Shown: positions 11,501 to 24,409 of the stretch, one piece after another
How positions within the stretch are numbered: position 1 is the stretch's first letter
Layout: each line of letters starts with the position of its first letter
Assembly (NCBI RefSeq): GCF_038025025.1
Contig: NW_027117349.1
Coordinates: forward strand, 124,001-188,000
Direction: 5' to 3'
From: Phyllosticta citribraziliensis
Lineage: Eukaryota
DNA: 64,000 nucleotides
Program-made: the position numbers and the translations under genes
Notes under the pieces: model-generated
Told to the model about the DNA's origin: nothing
The model's input: only the letters and a program-made list of their open reading frames with translations
Database searches by the model: none

Positions 11501-13130
11501 GGGCGCTCAACTGCCCGACAGGCCGTCTTCGACGGTCGACCGTTCTGGAATCAATCCTGAGCGGGCAGCATTGATTGAACGTGACTTGAGCATGACAGAT
11601 GGTCGACGTGGTAGAGGTTCCAGACCTCACAGCCCGACTAGGCGAAGTGTTGAAGAGCGTCCGGCATACCAGCCTCGAGACGACTACCGTGACGATCGAC
11701 CGCATCCGAACCAGGAGCGCATGCCACCAACCTACCCGCCTCCTCGCGAAAGACGGGAGGACCCTAATAGTATCCCACCTACTGGACCACGTGGCGACCG
11801 TGGCGGAAGAAACGAATTCTCGGGGCCTCCTCCCTCTCGAGGTGGTCGCGAACTCTTCGAGCCCACACCCACGAGGCCACCGTCGGATCCCAATCACGGC
11901 CGCTTGAACCAGGACTTTCCAAGGCCGTCAGACCCGAGCTACGGTCGCTTGAACCCTCCCGAGGTCCCCTCTGGTCCGCGCGGTCGAGGCGCTGCTAGCC
12001 GCGGCGTCCGCTCTAGCGCTCCTGATTCTCGCCCATCGCCGTCGGTTCCTCAATCACCGCACAACGAACGCGGTCCACCCTCAGGGCCAACAGCTGACAG
12101 AAGAGGTGACCAACGCAGCGACCAACGCGGCGACCAACGTGGCGACTTTTCCAACGACCACGGGTCTTCACCGGCAGACATGGTCGGCGTCCATCCCAGT
12201 CGTTTAGGCCAGATTCCTGGAGCACGCAATGATACGACAGCTCCCTCTGCTTCATCGTCTTTCCCACCGCCAGCAGGTCCTCGTGGACGCACTTCAGTCA
12301 CATCACCCACGACAGGCAGGCCCGCACCAACCGGTCCCGCGTCCAATGACAAGGACAAGCGTTTCGCACACTTGGCAAATGTGCTTTCGCAGGGTAGTGC
12401 GTCGGGCGGATACAGTCGCGGTGACTCCGACAGAGGCGCCTCCATCCGTGGCAGAGCCAATAGACCTGGCTCTACCAATTCGCCAACACACTCGCAGCCC
12501 TCGACACCTATGCCTTCAAACTATGACAATCAGGTTGGAGGCAGTCGGGGCATGGACCCGCGCGGCTCTGAACGTGGGGACCTGGTAAGCAGCAACATGC
12601 CCGACGACCATCGAATGGACCAACACCGCAGCAGCAGCCGGCGCGAGCATCGCCGCAGCGCAGTGGAAAACACGAGCGCACCGGGAAACGAGCAATCGGG
12701 CATGCACCGGCGCAGCATGCGACACCGCTCGACCTCTCCACCAGGTTCCTCATCCATGGGTGGCATGCGTGAAAGCCGCGATTCCGGACGCAGCTCGCGC
12801 ACCGAGGATCGCCGCAGCGGCGGCCACGGGCACTCGCATGGCCACAGCAGCAGCCACCACCACGGCGGCAGCAGCCATGGCCCGCCCAATGGCGAGGTCT
12901 CGGGGCCCACCGGCGGTTCCAGCGGCCAGATCAGAGGCAGTGGCCGCGAGCGCAGGGGCGAGGGCCGCGAGTCCAGGGGCAGCGGCGAGCGTGGAGGTGA
13001 ACGCGACGATGGAAGAGGCGGAGCTCGATCTGAGCGCTCTGAGCGCAAACGCCAGAGGGGCGACGGCGTGACCGGTGAAGGCGAAAGCAAGAGGCCTAGA
13101 CGAAACACCAGGGGCGATGGCGAGAGGTGA
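5590..13130 (+). CDS. THO2: THO complex subunit 2
   Basis: Motifs LYRQSNYNLLREESEGYSKL, LIGAFDLDVGRVLD, ETKDVLKRISK, YMHIRNAIIILK, plus a long R/G/D/P-rich C-terminus. Predicted introns 10369-10443 and 10581-10636 join ORFs 5590..10584 and 10617..13130. Confidence 0.93.
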
Positions 13131-13631
13131 AAGACCTAGGTGATGGTGGCCGCGTGAGGTTGATGGGCTGGGGGTCTCTTTTTTTTTCTCTTATCCTCCT
13201 CTACCTCTCCTTGCTCTCTCTCGAAGGAGAGAGTACAATCGCAAGTGGTGGTTGTGGCGATTTTTGTGCATAGGTGCTGATGAGCTTGGAGAGCTGCATG
13301 CAGCAGCAAGCACTCGTCAAGCAGTCGACGGGCTATAGAGTCAGATGATGAAAAGGGACGTCGTTGAGTCGTCAGGTGCTGCGGAGTGAGGAGCGACTGC
13401 TGCTGGAGATTGGCATGGAACGGAGGTGTAGAGCGCAGTCAGTAGATACTCAAATCAATCGAATCAACTCTGCCAAACTGTTGTTGAATGACGCGTCTTT
13501 GCCATTATCCAGCCATTATCCAGCCAGTCAACCTGCTAACCAGCCAGCCTCCTGCGCAAGATACATATCCTTTTCACACGTATGGAGCTCGTCCGTCCGT
13601 TCCCATAATTGAATGGCCCTCATCATACGTC

Positions 13632-13803
13632 CACAGTGGGTGTCGAAAAATGAGACTCCCACAATCTGTCTGCGGCAACAAATGACTTCTTCCCGAGTAC
13701 ATATGCATTAGTATGAATGCTGCCAAAGCGTAGGCGCAGGGGTGAACGAATGCTCCTCAAGGGCAATCATAGGAGTGAATGAACACTCCCTAGATGCAAC
13801 AAT
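13632..13803. mobile_element. MITE copy 3 (left TIR plus four degenerate ~33-bp units; no right TIR seen)
   Basis: CACAGTGGGTGTCGAAAAATGAGACTCCC followed by units starting near 13672, 13705, 13736 and 13769, the last ending GAGTGAATGAACACTCCCTAGATGCAAC as in the other copies. Confidence 0.75.
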
Positions 13804-14457
13804 CACGACACAACCAGACGAGTTTGTTTTCAGCTTCAATAATCTAATCCATGTCTCTGAGAGACTAAGCTATATTTTCCGCCGGGACTGCAACGCACAA
13901 AAAAGACCAAAGCAAGTCCGCAATAATCCCGGCAGCAAAAGCCTCGCCCAGCACGCCATGTCATGCCACCAATAAATCCTTGACCCCGAGCCCGTTCATT
14001 CAGTCGGAATTGAACCATGAACGAACGGAGCCCGCCCACCCAAAGTACCACCCCAAGTCAAGGAAGGAGCAAAAGAAAACGCCAAGGAAAGCAAACGCAG
14101 AAGGGGGTATCTAGAAAGTACACAGTGCTGCCGCCCATGATCACGCCGCGCCATGCTGCTGTAATGAGGAGAGGGAAAAAGGGCACGAAGGAAAATCGTA
14201 AGCTCGTAGAGCTGTCCTGCCAGCTCGTTGCTGCCGTTGAGAATGCCCATGAAAAGGAAATAGACGCCGCTGCAATGTCGAATCCTGATGCATGCGGAGG
14301 AGACGAAGGTCGGCTGACGTTTACGCCGGTGAAAATGAGGCTGAAGAGCAGAAGTGGGAGCCGCCCCTGTGGCGGTGTTAGGAGCGTTCGGGCGAGAAGT
14401 CATCGCTCAATTTGTGCAGCAGATCCGTTGTCGTTTGCGAGGTTGTTAGGTGCAGCC

Positions 14458-17400
14458 TCACTCAACCTCGGGCTCCGTGTCGGAAGCATTCATCCTGCTG
14501 TCGTCTACGGACAGATTCCTCATCGAGGATCCGCAAACTCGACGCATGACCCGCTGAGGGAGCGCCGCTGATGCAGAATCATCTTCAACGCCCTCAGTAG
14601 GGCTCGCGGAGTGCCTGACGCTTTGCATGGCCTGGGACCGCACATGGAATTGAGGAGGCGAGGACATGAAACGGTCCGTAGGCGTCTGCTGAGAGGACGG
14701 TCGAGGGTATTGCGGCTCATCTGAGCGGACGCGCCTTGGAGGTTCTGGGCGCCCGGAGTGACCTTCCCGCAAAGGAACCAGGCTCATTTGGTAGAAACCG
14801 CTCGCCGGGACTTCTGTAGAAGGAATGGCTGACTTGAATGCCGTGTTGGGGCCCTGGCTGTTCACTCCGTTGGCCGGAAGTGACCCGTAAGAAGGCGGAG
14901 GCGAGAGTGCCATCTGTTCGTTTTGGAAATCCCACCGAGCTCGCTGCTCAGCGTGCCATCCAGCCCGCCGTTGAGCTTGATGCGCCACCTGATTGTAATT
15001 ACTGGTTTGGTGGGCGACCGACAACATGCCCTGGTTCGGATTCATGGGACCTGGGTGCCGTTGAAAGAGGTTGGCTTGGCCGATGACCGCCTGTGCAGGA
15101 GGATTCAAAGTGAAACCTTGGGAAGGCATGCCAGTTTGCCCGGGTGGCTGTGGTGCAGTCGGAGGCGGCTGTTGGGCCATGTTGGCCCTCGACTGCTCCA
15201 TCAGCGCATCCTGCTTCTCTTTAAGGATTCTCTGCTGCTCTTGGATTTCGAGCATTCTCCCAAAGGTCGCAGGGTTATCCTTACGAACACCTCCGTCCTT
15301 CCTCATCATTAGTTCCACCTCTTCCATCTCAGTAACATCGAGATCAGCATCCTTGTCTTCTGCCATGAGAGTTTCCGTGGTGGTGATGGCGCGGATTCCG
15401 AGGTCTTTTCCTGCATCCATATCGTCGAGAAGCTTGTCTAGAACACTTGGATCTTTGCCGCGATTCTCAGAAAGGTCCTCTTGAGGCACGAACTCGGGAG
15501 GAAAGAGGTAATCCTTCATCTTCTCAGCCCGTCTCTCGGGGTTCTTGGCGTCGACCACTCGAGATGCAAGTTGCGCCTTGAACAGAGCCTTGTTCCAGAC
15601 CTTGGGCTCGAAGGTGCCGCCAACGACGAACCGATACACAAAGACTTCTTTCTGCTGGCCGATTCGGTACGCCCTTCCGATGGCCTGCTCCTCATGCTGA
15701 GGGTTGAAGCCGTAGTCAAAGAGCACCACCCGATTCGCCGCTGGAAGATTGAAGCCGATGCCGCCAGCTCGAGTGGACATCAAGAAAGCGTCGAATTTTC
15801 CCATGTTGAACTGATTCAACAGCTTTGGACGCTCCGACATCTTCGTACTGCCATCGAGGCGCACGCAGCTAATGGTTGAAGTATGGGTGAGGAACATCTC
15901 CAGGTAGTCAAGAGTCGGAATGCTCTGGGAAAAGACAAGGACCTTGTCACCGGCATCCCTGGCATTCTGGATAATCCGAACCAGAAGTTCCGTCTTGTAC
16001 GACCAGAGGGGAGACCCGACGTGTGGGGTGTTGTTAAAAAGCTTCTCTATGTCGGCGATAAGGGCGGGAGACAAGGTTTTGGCTGGCGTCTCGGTGTCAT
16101 CTTCGACTTCTGGCTCATCTTCGAAAACGGGTTTGCCCTTCTTCTTCCGTGCGTCCGCTCCCCCTGCGGCCCTTTCCTTTTCTTTGATCCTTTTACGAAA
16201 GGCAAGAGGATGATTGCAGAGCACGGTCAGGATGTGCATCCAATGCCATAATCTGGCATTGCTAACTTCTGCAACGTCCGTGTCCCACATGTGGGAAACA
16301 CAGGTCTTGTACGCATCCTCTTGCACCTTGGATAGGGGGACCATGATGAGGAACTCAATCTTGGACTTGAGTTCGTCTTTCAAGACTGTGATGTCGGCTC
16401 GATTGACCTTGGGCTCAATCTCGCGCTTGAGGACCGTCAGACATTTCAAAGCTCGGCGGTGATCGCTTCGTGTGCTCTCCTTGTAGAAACCCTCCTGGAT
16501 GGGCTCCACGAAGTAGGCCTTGAACTCGTTGGGGGTGCCGAGATATCCAGGAGCAACCCAGTCAATCATTGACCAGTATTCTTCAAGATTGTTGGCCAGT
16601 GGAGAGCCAGTCAATGCGATCCGGCTCGGAGACGTGAACTTTTCAAAGAATTTCCGAGCAATGGATGTCGCCGATTTGATGCGATGTGCCTCGTCTGCGA
16701 TGATCAAGCTGGGCGATTCAAGCAACAGATGAGCGCATTTGGTCTCTTGATCTGTCGACGTTGTCGCACTTTTGGCAGCAGGCTTGACGAGAGAGACAAA
16801 CATCTCGTAGCCGATGACCAAAATTCCACCAGTCCCATTCCAAAGTTGAATCAAGCGGCCACGGTCACCTCGGGGTGTGTCGGATTCAATGCTGCGAATG
16901 TCACCAATCATGTATGACCAGTCGGGCGGTATCCAAAGCTTCAACTCGTTGAGCCAGTTCGTTATCAGCGAAGCTGGGCAGATGATGAGATACCGGGGGT
17001 TTTGGAGATGCTCCGGAATCTGAGACGAGACGCGATCATCGGAAGATAGAGCTGCCTGAGTGATGGCTACAAGAAAAGTGATTCTGACCAAAGTTAGAAA
17101 CGAGGATCATGCGAAGCAAACGGACAGACTTACGCTTGCATAGTCTTGCCCAATCCCATTGTGTGAGCAAGTAAACAACCCTGTCCTGCTTCAATGAGTT
17201 CGCGCCACATGAAGCGGATACCACTGGTCTGATGAGGCTTGATCCTCGTGGCGATGTGAGGAGGGATACAAATGTCACCCTGGTCGTCCCGCTTGCCGAT
17301 GTTGATTGGAATACCGGAGGTCGAGGATGGCTGGAGGGAGGTCATGCGCTGCTCGTAAAGCCACTCGTTCTGGGCTTGAACCTTTTGTCGCTCCCGAGCA

Positions 17401-19874
17401 TCCTGCCGCAATACCGCGCCATGCGAATCCTTTTGCACCGCTCTCTTGCGGCTATTGGCGATCCCAGCGCAGTCATCGGGAGTTGCAGCGAGCACACTGC
17501 GGAGGAACTTCCAGCAAGCGTGAGTATTCTTCCGCGCTTCGTCTGAGTAATCTCCTAGCTGGTCCAGAAATTGTGCTGCTTGGAGCACAGGGTTCATCCA
17601 AAACGAAGCACGACCCGTGACCCAGCAAGTGTAGAGCTTCACATACTGCTGAGCAGCTAACCAATCCTTTTCGGAAGCTCCCTTGTCGCGTTGCTTTTGG
17701 GCAATTTTCTTGATCGAACCCCAAACCAGCCGTTGCCACTCAGCTGGGGTCATGGTGGTGTCGCCCTTCATGATCTTGAGCTGGTGTTCACTCAGATATA
17801 GTCGAATCATTTGGACGAGCAGCCTTTTCCGGTCGCCGCGCTCCTCCAACTTTTGGGTATCCCAACCCGAGACCTGGTCCTGCGTCAGCTCCGCAAGATC
17901 TTCCTCAGTAAGGGTCGTGAAATGGCTTGATAAGCCGTTGGTCTTGACACGCTGAGAGAACGGCGTTTCGGCATCAACTGGAGAAGGACTAGCAACGGGC
18001 GAGGTGCGAGTCAAGTCAACCACAGTCGAGGGCTCGCTGCGGGGGGGAGATTGTCCACCAGGCACGCTCTTGGCTGCCCACGTGCGGCGCTCCGAAGACA
18101 CCCTGCCTTGGTTGACTGGGATAGTTTCCTGAATGTCCGACATTTCATCTCCTTCTTGAGTCGGGTCAACATCCATGGCATCATCTGCTTCACCCATCGA
18201 GGCATCGTCATCGCCAACATTGAGCACCGAGTCTCCTGATGGCAATCGAAGAGGCGAAGCGGGCTGCTGGTTGGGCAACGAACACCACCCCGCCATTTCT
18301 TCGTCATCGGAAATGAAATCATCGAGACCATCAGAGTCTGCCTCGAGTTCAGACTCAGAGTTGACAAGGTCTCCAGCCTCATCACCGACAGGCGGAATTC
18401 GTGGCTTCTTGCGGGCTGCAGGCGTTCTTTTTGCGACGGTTTTGCCAACCGGTGGCGGAGGCTCAGCAGCCCTTTCCCAGACCGAAGCACGCCAGGACTG
18501 CTCTTCGATTTCGATGACACTCTCTTCGAGGACGGCGCATTGCTTGCGGATGTCTCCCTCAGAACTCCACGGATCAGCCAGAAGCGCCTCCTTTAACTTC
18601 TCGAGGCGACGCGAGACATGGGCAATGACACGTCGAGCCTCCATGACGAGCAGGATTCTGTCTGAGCGACGCTTTGGTTTCCGCCAGACAGCTCGAGCAG
18701 TCCGCTCACGCAGAGGCAGCTTCTTAGCTTTCCAAAGCCCGACAAACTCCTGCACTCTGTCCTCGATAATGGACAGCACCTTTTCTTTGGTCAAGTGCTT
18801 TGAAAGCCCAAGAGCTTCATCCTCTTGACGATCGGCCTCCATTTCTTCCAGAAGAGAGGGAGAGTATCCATCCTCCTCATCAGAATCTCCATAGACCGGC
18901 AAAACACCATCTTCGTCATCCTTGACGTCGGAAAAGCCGTTGGGCGCATTTGGAAGCCGGCGATTCTTTGATGCGACGTGCAAGTGGGATGCATCTTCCC
19001 GAGAGGCCTGAACCTGATTTCCGGTGATCCGAAACAGAGTTGCTGAGCGTGGCTGGTTCTCAGGTTCAAACTGCTCCTTGTAAGGGTAAACGGCAACGGC
19101 TTGGCGGCTGTCTCCTACCGACTCGCGCTTGGACTTGTTGATGAAGTAGATGAATTGGCGGTTCACGTATTGCGCAGCGACCGGGTGTGGATTGCTCATC
19201 TGACTGATACTGAAGTTCTTGTCGTCACCGAGAAGTCCGCCAAAGTCCGTAGCTCCGTAGAAAAGCTGGTCGACCGTGAGTTTCTTGTTGAAATCGAATG
19301 TGGTCAAGTCTTGAGGTTCCTTGTTCGCGTCGTTGAGAACCAATCTGCGCCTCTTCTTGCCACGGGCATCGACAATCTGAGTCTCGCGGGGCCGATCATG
19401 GATACGCTCTAATTTGTCATGACGAGCCAATGCAGCGGCCGTGAGTGGTGTCGGGTCTTCTTCTTGCATGAGCGAATCGAAGCGATTGCTCTCACAATTT
19501 TGCTTTGCGACATTGTGTTCGGCGAGGCTCTCACCATGAGCCAATGACTTCTGACTACTCATGTAGTCTGCGTACTTGGAAGACTGGTTCCGAAGCCAGC
19601 CAATCGCGCACCGCACAGCTGCACGCCTCGCGACCGCCTTGAGGCCAAAGTCGGACTTGAGAATTCGATCGTCGACGTATGAAAGTAGAGTGAAGCCATT
19701 GGTCTCGTTCTCGCGCAAGGCGACTTCGAGGGATCCCGGCTCCGGAAGGCTTGAGTTGGGGAAGGCACCTTGCCACCAGTTGGTCTTGGTGCACAGAGCC
19801 TCAACAACCTGGTCTATGCTCCAGTCCCAAGGGTCACCACTGGGCAAATCCATGGTAGAGGGATGAGACTCCAT
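14458..19874 (-). CDS. SNF2-family helicase/ATPase (ATRX/RAD54L2-like) with an N-terminal SAM-like domain
   Basis: Motifs GCLLAHTMGLGKT, IIADEAHRIK, RIALTGSPLANNLEEY, KVLVFSQS, STRAGGIGFNL, QAIGRAYRIGQ; N-terminal PWDWSIDQVV. Intron 17084-17133 (GTAAGT...CTAAC...CAG). Start codon and 3' end are uncertain (possible extra terminal intron extending to ~14330). Confidence 0.88.
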
Positions 19875-21254
19875 GATGGATCTTGGGCATGGAGGATTGA
19901 GAGATGACTGTGAAGATATTCTGGAAGGCGTTTTGGTCCTTTGGTGTTTTAGTTTCGGTGCTCCGGAGTGGGTGATTGGAGGAGCCGGATTTTGGAGGAC
20001 GAGAGAAGAGAAGTTCAAGAGCAAAACCTATTGCAAAGAGTAAGAAGAGTACTTGTAGGAGTTGAGGTCAAGTGGTATGATTTCCAAGGGATGTCTTGAC
20101 GTACAAGTTCACGGCGCAAAAGCAGCTGATGTCGCGTCGAGCGGCGCCGCGGACCAACCAAGTCAAGCGCGTCACAAGGTTTCTGAGGCCCGACTCAGAC
20201 CTGCCTGACAGGATCTGAGGCGGAAGACGAAGTCCAAGCTCAACGACAAGGAGCGGTCGGAAGGGTTCGTAGAGAAGATGCAGAATGGGTGGTCTGGTGA
20301 AGGGTTGAAGGGTGGTGATGGTGGATGTCTTCGCTCTACTTTTGGTAAGAGGGCGCGCAACACCGCTGCACTCGCTTAAAAGCTCGGACCAGGAGCTCGG
20401 ACCACAACGACCACCCATCCCCCCACTACCTAGTCGGTTTGTACCTTAGCTTCACTCCCGTCTGGCTTCGTCAGATCTTCGTCAGCCCTGCGCTGCTTGC
20501 TTAAATCCTGGAGTACTGGAGCCTGCAAAGACGAGGCTTCAAACAGGGGATGATACTTGAGAGAGACTGGAAAGCGCACTCGGATATTGGCTGGGCACAA
20601 TGGTCCAGTGTATGTAGCCGGACAGGAAGTCAAGGGATATCAAAGACCAGTTGGCTTGTTACGCCATTCTGCGTGGGCATCCGGATCTTGCAAAGATAGA
20701 AGAAAGAGAAGACGAACACCATAAAAGAGGGGTGGGTTGGGTCGTATACGTGATGCGAAATAGCAGCTAATTCAGAATCTTCGCGCTTCATCTTTGCTCT
20801 TCTAATCATCTCCAACAATGAAACCGTGGACGAAATCGGGTTTTCCACAACTTTCCTGCGTCAGGGAGCAATCAAGGGCTGTAATCCACGGTTTGTCTGG
20901 TGTGAAGCAGCAGTATGCCTTCAAGATTCGGCGTCTATATGTATAGGGTCATGTCTTTACTGCTCTGAGCCTTTCAAAATTGGCCGACAATGGATATATG
21001 GAAGGGAAGCCATGGACCTCTCCTCTCTTCTGGCCGGCGAGTTTTGAGTCGCTTCCACCCAGGGAAGGCAGTTGCTTACCCATGCACGCACGTACCACAA
21101 TCAGGTCCGCCCTGAGCATGGCGGCGATTGCGGGCGGATTAGTAATCCATCTACCGGCCAGTTGTTGCCGTGCATGATTTCCTCTGATTCCATCTTCATC
21201 AATGTTGTCTGCAGACAAGAGTTGCAATCCATCTGTTTGGAGACGCCCCTGATC

Positions 21255-23075
21255 ATGTCGCCCCAGCCTCTTCATGCCGACTACCCCCCTGCACTCTCGG
21301 ACGAGCAAGCGCAATTCCTGCTCGACAACCTGAAAGACTGGTCCATTGCCAACGGCCTCGCAGTAAGACCTGCTCCGACCTTTGTTGCGTCATCCCTGGA
21401 CCCGGCTGGAGTGCTAGCAAACACGGCACCCGTGACACTCTTCCCTAGCTTGTTCCCCAAGAACTGCTATGAGGAAGGACTCGCCATACAGAAGTCGTAC
21501 AATGAGCTCTACTCGGCCATAGCAAGAGACGAAGAATGGCTCAAAGAAATTGTGGAAGAGTGCGTGGCTCCAACTTGTGCTCTCAACCTCCCCGCTTCGG
21601 CCTTTCCCTCTTGAACGGGTCGCATCTCGACCCGGCTGCTTTTCCTTTTCCTTTTCCTTTTTTTCTTTTTCTTTTCTTTTTGCCTCGGGGTTGTGGTACA
21701 CCACTTTGCCTGTGCGCCTTTACAAGCTAGCAGCGATCGGTTCGCCTCGATTGTTCCCGCTGCTGACACGGATATCAGACTGATCGGAGTTGACGAATTC
21801 GTCGCCAAGCTTTGGAAGGTCCATCTCAAAGTCAAAGAAGAGGGACCTGTTCAGGTAATCCGAGTGCTTTGGCTTGTTTGATCCCAGGATCCTGACGCTC
21901 TGTAGGACATTACTCTCGGTCTATTTCGTTCAGATTACATGGTCCATTTGGACCCAGAAGACACCAATGCCAAGCCGAAAATCAAGCAAGTGGAATTCAA
22001 CACCATTGCCTCTTCTTTCGGAGGGCTTTCCTCGCGAGTCTCTGGACTACACAAGCATCTTCTCTCCATTGAGGCATATCCTGCAGATGTATCTCCTGCA
22101 ATCACACAAGACGCACTGCCAGAAAACAAGTCGGTGGCTTCTCTAGCTGCTGGCTTGGCAGCAGCACACAAGGCTTATGGCCAGTCAAGATCGACAAAGC
22201 CTTTGTGTGTTCTCTTTGTGGTGCAAGACCCGGAGCGAAACGTCTTTGATCAACGCCTCCTGGAATACTCCCTGCTCAGCGAGAGTGGTGTGCGGTCTTA
22301 CAGAGTACCATTCAGCAGCGTCTTGGACGCGACAAAGCTCGACTCTCAGCGAAACCTCATCTACCGACCAAAACATGCACCCGGCAAAGAGCACGAAGTC
22401 AGTACGGTGTACTTCCGAGCAGGATACTCACCCGATGACTATCCGAGCGAGACAGAATGGGACGCGCGTCTGCACATTGAGCGCAGTCATGCCATCAAAT
22501 GCCCCAGCGTTCTGCTTCACTTGGCTGGCTGTAAAAAGGTCCAGCAAGTCCTGGCGACACCTCACTCGCCACATCTTGCACGGTTTCTCTCGAACGACTC
22601 CACGGTCGCGCGGGTTAAGGAGACTTTCGCACCCATTTACCCGCTAGACAAGAGCGACGCGGGCTTGGAGGCGCGAAAGCTGGCCCTCAACGCCAACGCT
22701 GCGCAACGCTACGTTCTGAAACCTCAACGCGAGGGCGGAGGAAACAACATCTACCGCAAAAATATTCCGCCATTCTTGGCCACGCTGCCCGAGTCAAGCT
22801 GGCCCGCTTACATTCTGATGGAGATGATCGAGCCGCCAGCGGCCAATAATGTCATCATCCGCAACGGCGAAGTGCGAAAGGGCGGTGTCATCGGAGAATT
22901 GGGCGTCTACGGTGTGTGCTTGTGGCGGCACGGCGACGGCGCGGCAGACAGAGGACAGATCCTGGAAAACTGGGAGGCTGGATATCTACTGCGGACCAAA
23001 GGCAATGAGAGCGAGGAAGGTGGCGTTGCTGCGGGCTTTGGGGCCGTGGACAGCATTTGTCTCGTCGATGTGTGA
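21255..23075 (+). CDS. GSH2: Glutathione synthetase
   Basis: Motifs APVTLFPS, LGLFRSDYM, KQVEFNTIASSF, ERNVFDQ, VYFRAGYSPDDY, VLKPQREGGGNN, EGGVAAGFG. Introns at about 21561-21778 and 21855-21906. Confidence 0.95.
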
Positions 23076-24409
23076 CCCATGGCTGGTTGGTCCGTCCCGC
23101 AGTCTGCATAGCCCTGGCCGTTTACGTGTAGAAGATGGTCTTCCCCTGCGGTGGTCTGCCGAGAGGGCCGAGAAGTACTGAAACAGCATCCAAAAAGCTA
23201 GATGTCGACAGGATTTTGCACAGCGAGTTGTTATTCTTGGACGAGGACAGCTTCGAGTCTTTTGGCCATTTGAAACCGTGTCGACCAACAACAAGGAGGT
23301 GGACCTGGGATGAGTTGGCGGATGCTGCCGCCGCTGTGGCTGGGACAGTGCCGGGGCCCCAAACGGTTGCTTCGGCTGTGCTCACCTCAGGCCCAGAAGC
23401 ACGACATGACAAGGACAATGGTACGAGAATCGACAAGCTGACGAGTTGCCTGGCGACAGGGACAGTCGTCCTGAGGCGGCCTGAATGCAGAAGACGGGCA
23501 GCGCCTCCAAGCTTTCGGGCGGTGACGGAGGTCAAGCCGAAAGTTTGAGTCAAGCCGCCAGGCCATCGCGATGTCGACTGTGCCTCTTCTCTGGGAGCAT
23601 TCCTCGGCGCTGGGGTTATGGATGATGCGACCGACGGGCGGACAGGCGCGGACGGGAGCTCGAGGCGAACGGTGGGCCGCATGCCGAGGACAAGGGCTGC
23701 TGCTGGCCTGAGCTGCTTGCTTGCATCGAGGCCTCCCGTCCACCACCAAGCCTCAGCACCTCCACGGCGTCCGCATATGGTGACACTGGCAGTTTTACGC
23801 CCTGCGCGCCCCTCACAAAAAGTTATGCCGCCTCGTTGAGCTCAGCCCACGGCTGACTCCGTCCCGGGAATGTAATTACGTGCTTCCCGATCCGGCGTCG
23901 CCCATGCCGCACCAGAAACTCCCTACACCCTGGACGCCCGAGAGCGTTGCTTTGGGTTTATGTGACAGCAGGAAATCTACAAACCCTCTCCGCTGCCATG
24001 GCATCGAGACGGCTGATCTGCTGGATGCACTGATGCGGATGGAGACCGCTTCGTGTGCCTTGATCCGTTGCGTCGACATGCAACGCCCACACCCGACAGC
24101 TCCCTCGTCAGGCTGCCGGGTCCCACGAATGGAATGTTTGCTGCGTAATTGTAGGACTACCACTTTTCTACATGGCCATGTCATCGCAGTAGCTTGCCTC
24201 TTCCTACCTACTCCTGATCTGCTCTTCACTGCCCCACATCCATCATCATCCTTGAAACATTCAACACCAACTCACGCCAAAGAGCGAATGCTCCTTGGCC
24301 TCGACATACTAGCCCTCCCTCCTCTGCAATTCTCAGTCTGCCCCGGAGTTGGACGATGGGATACTCGGAACCATTGCATACAGGCCTCGTTTGATCCTGA
24401 TACCCAGTC

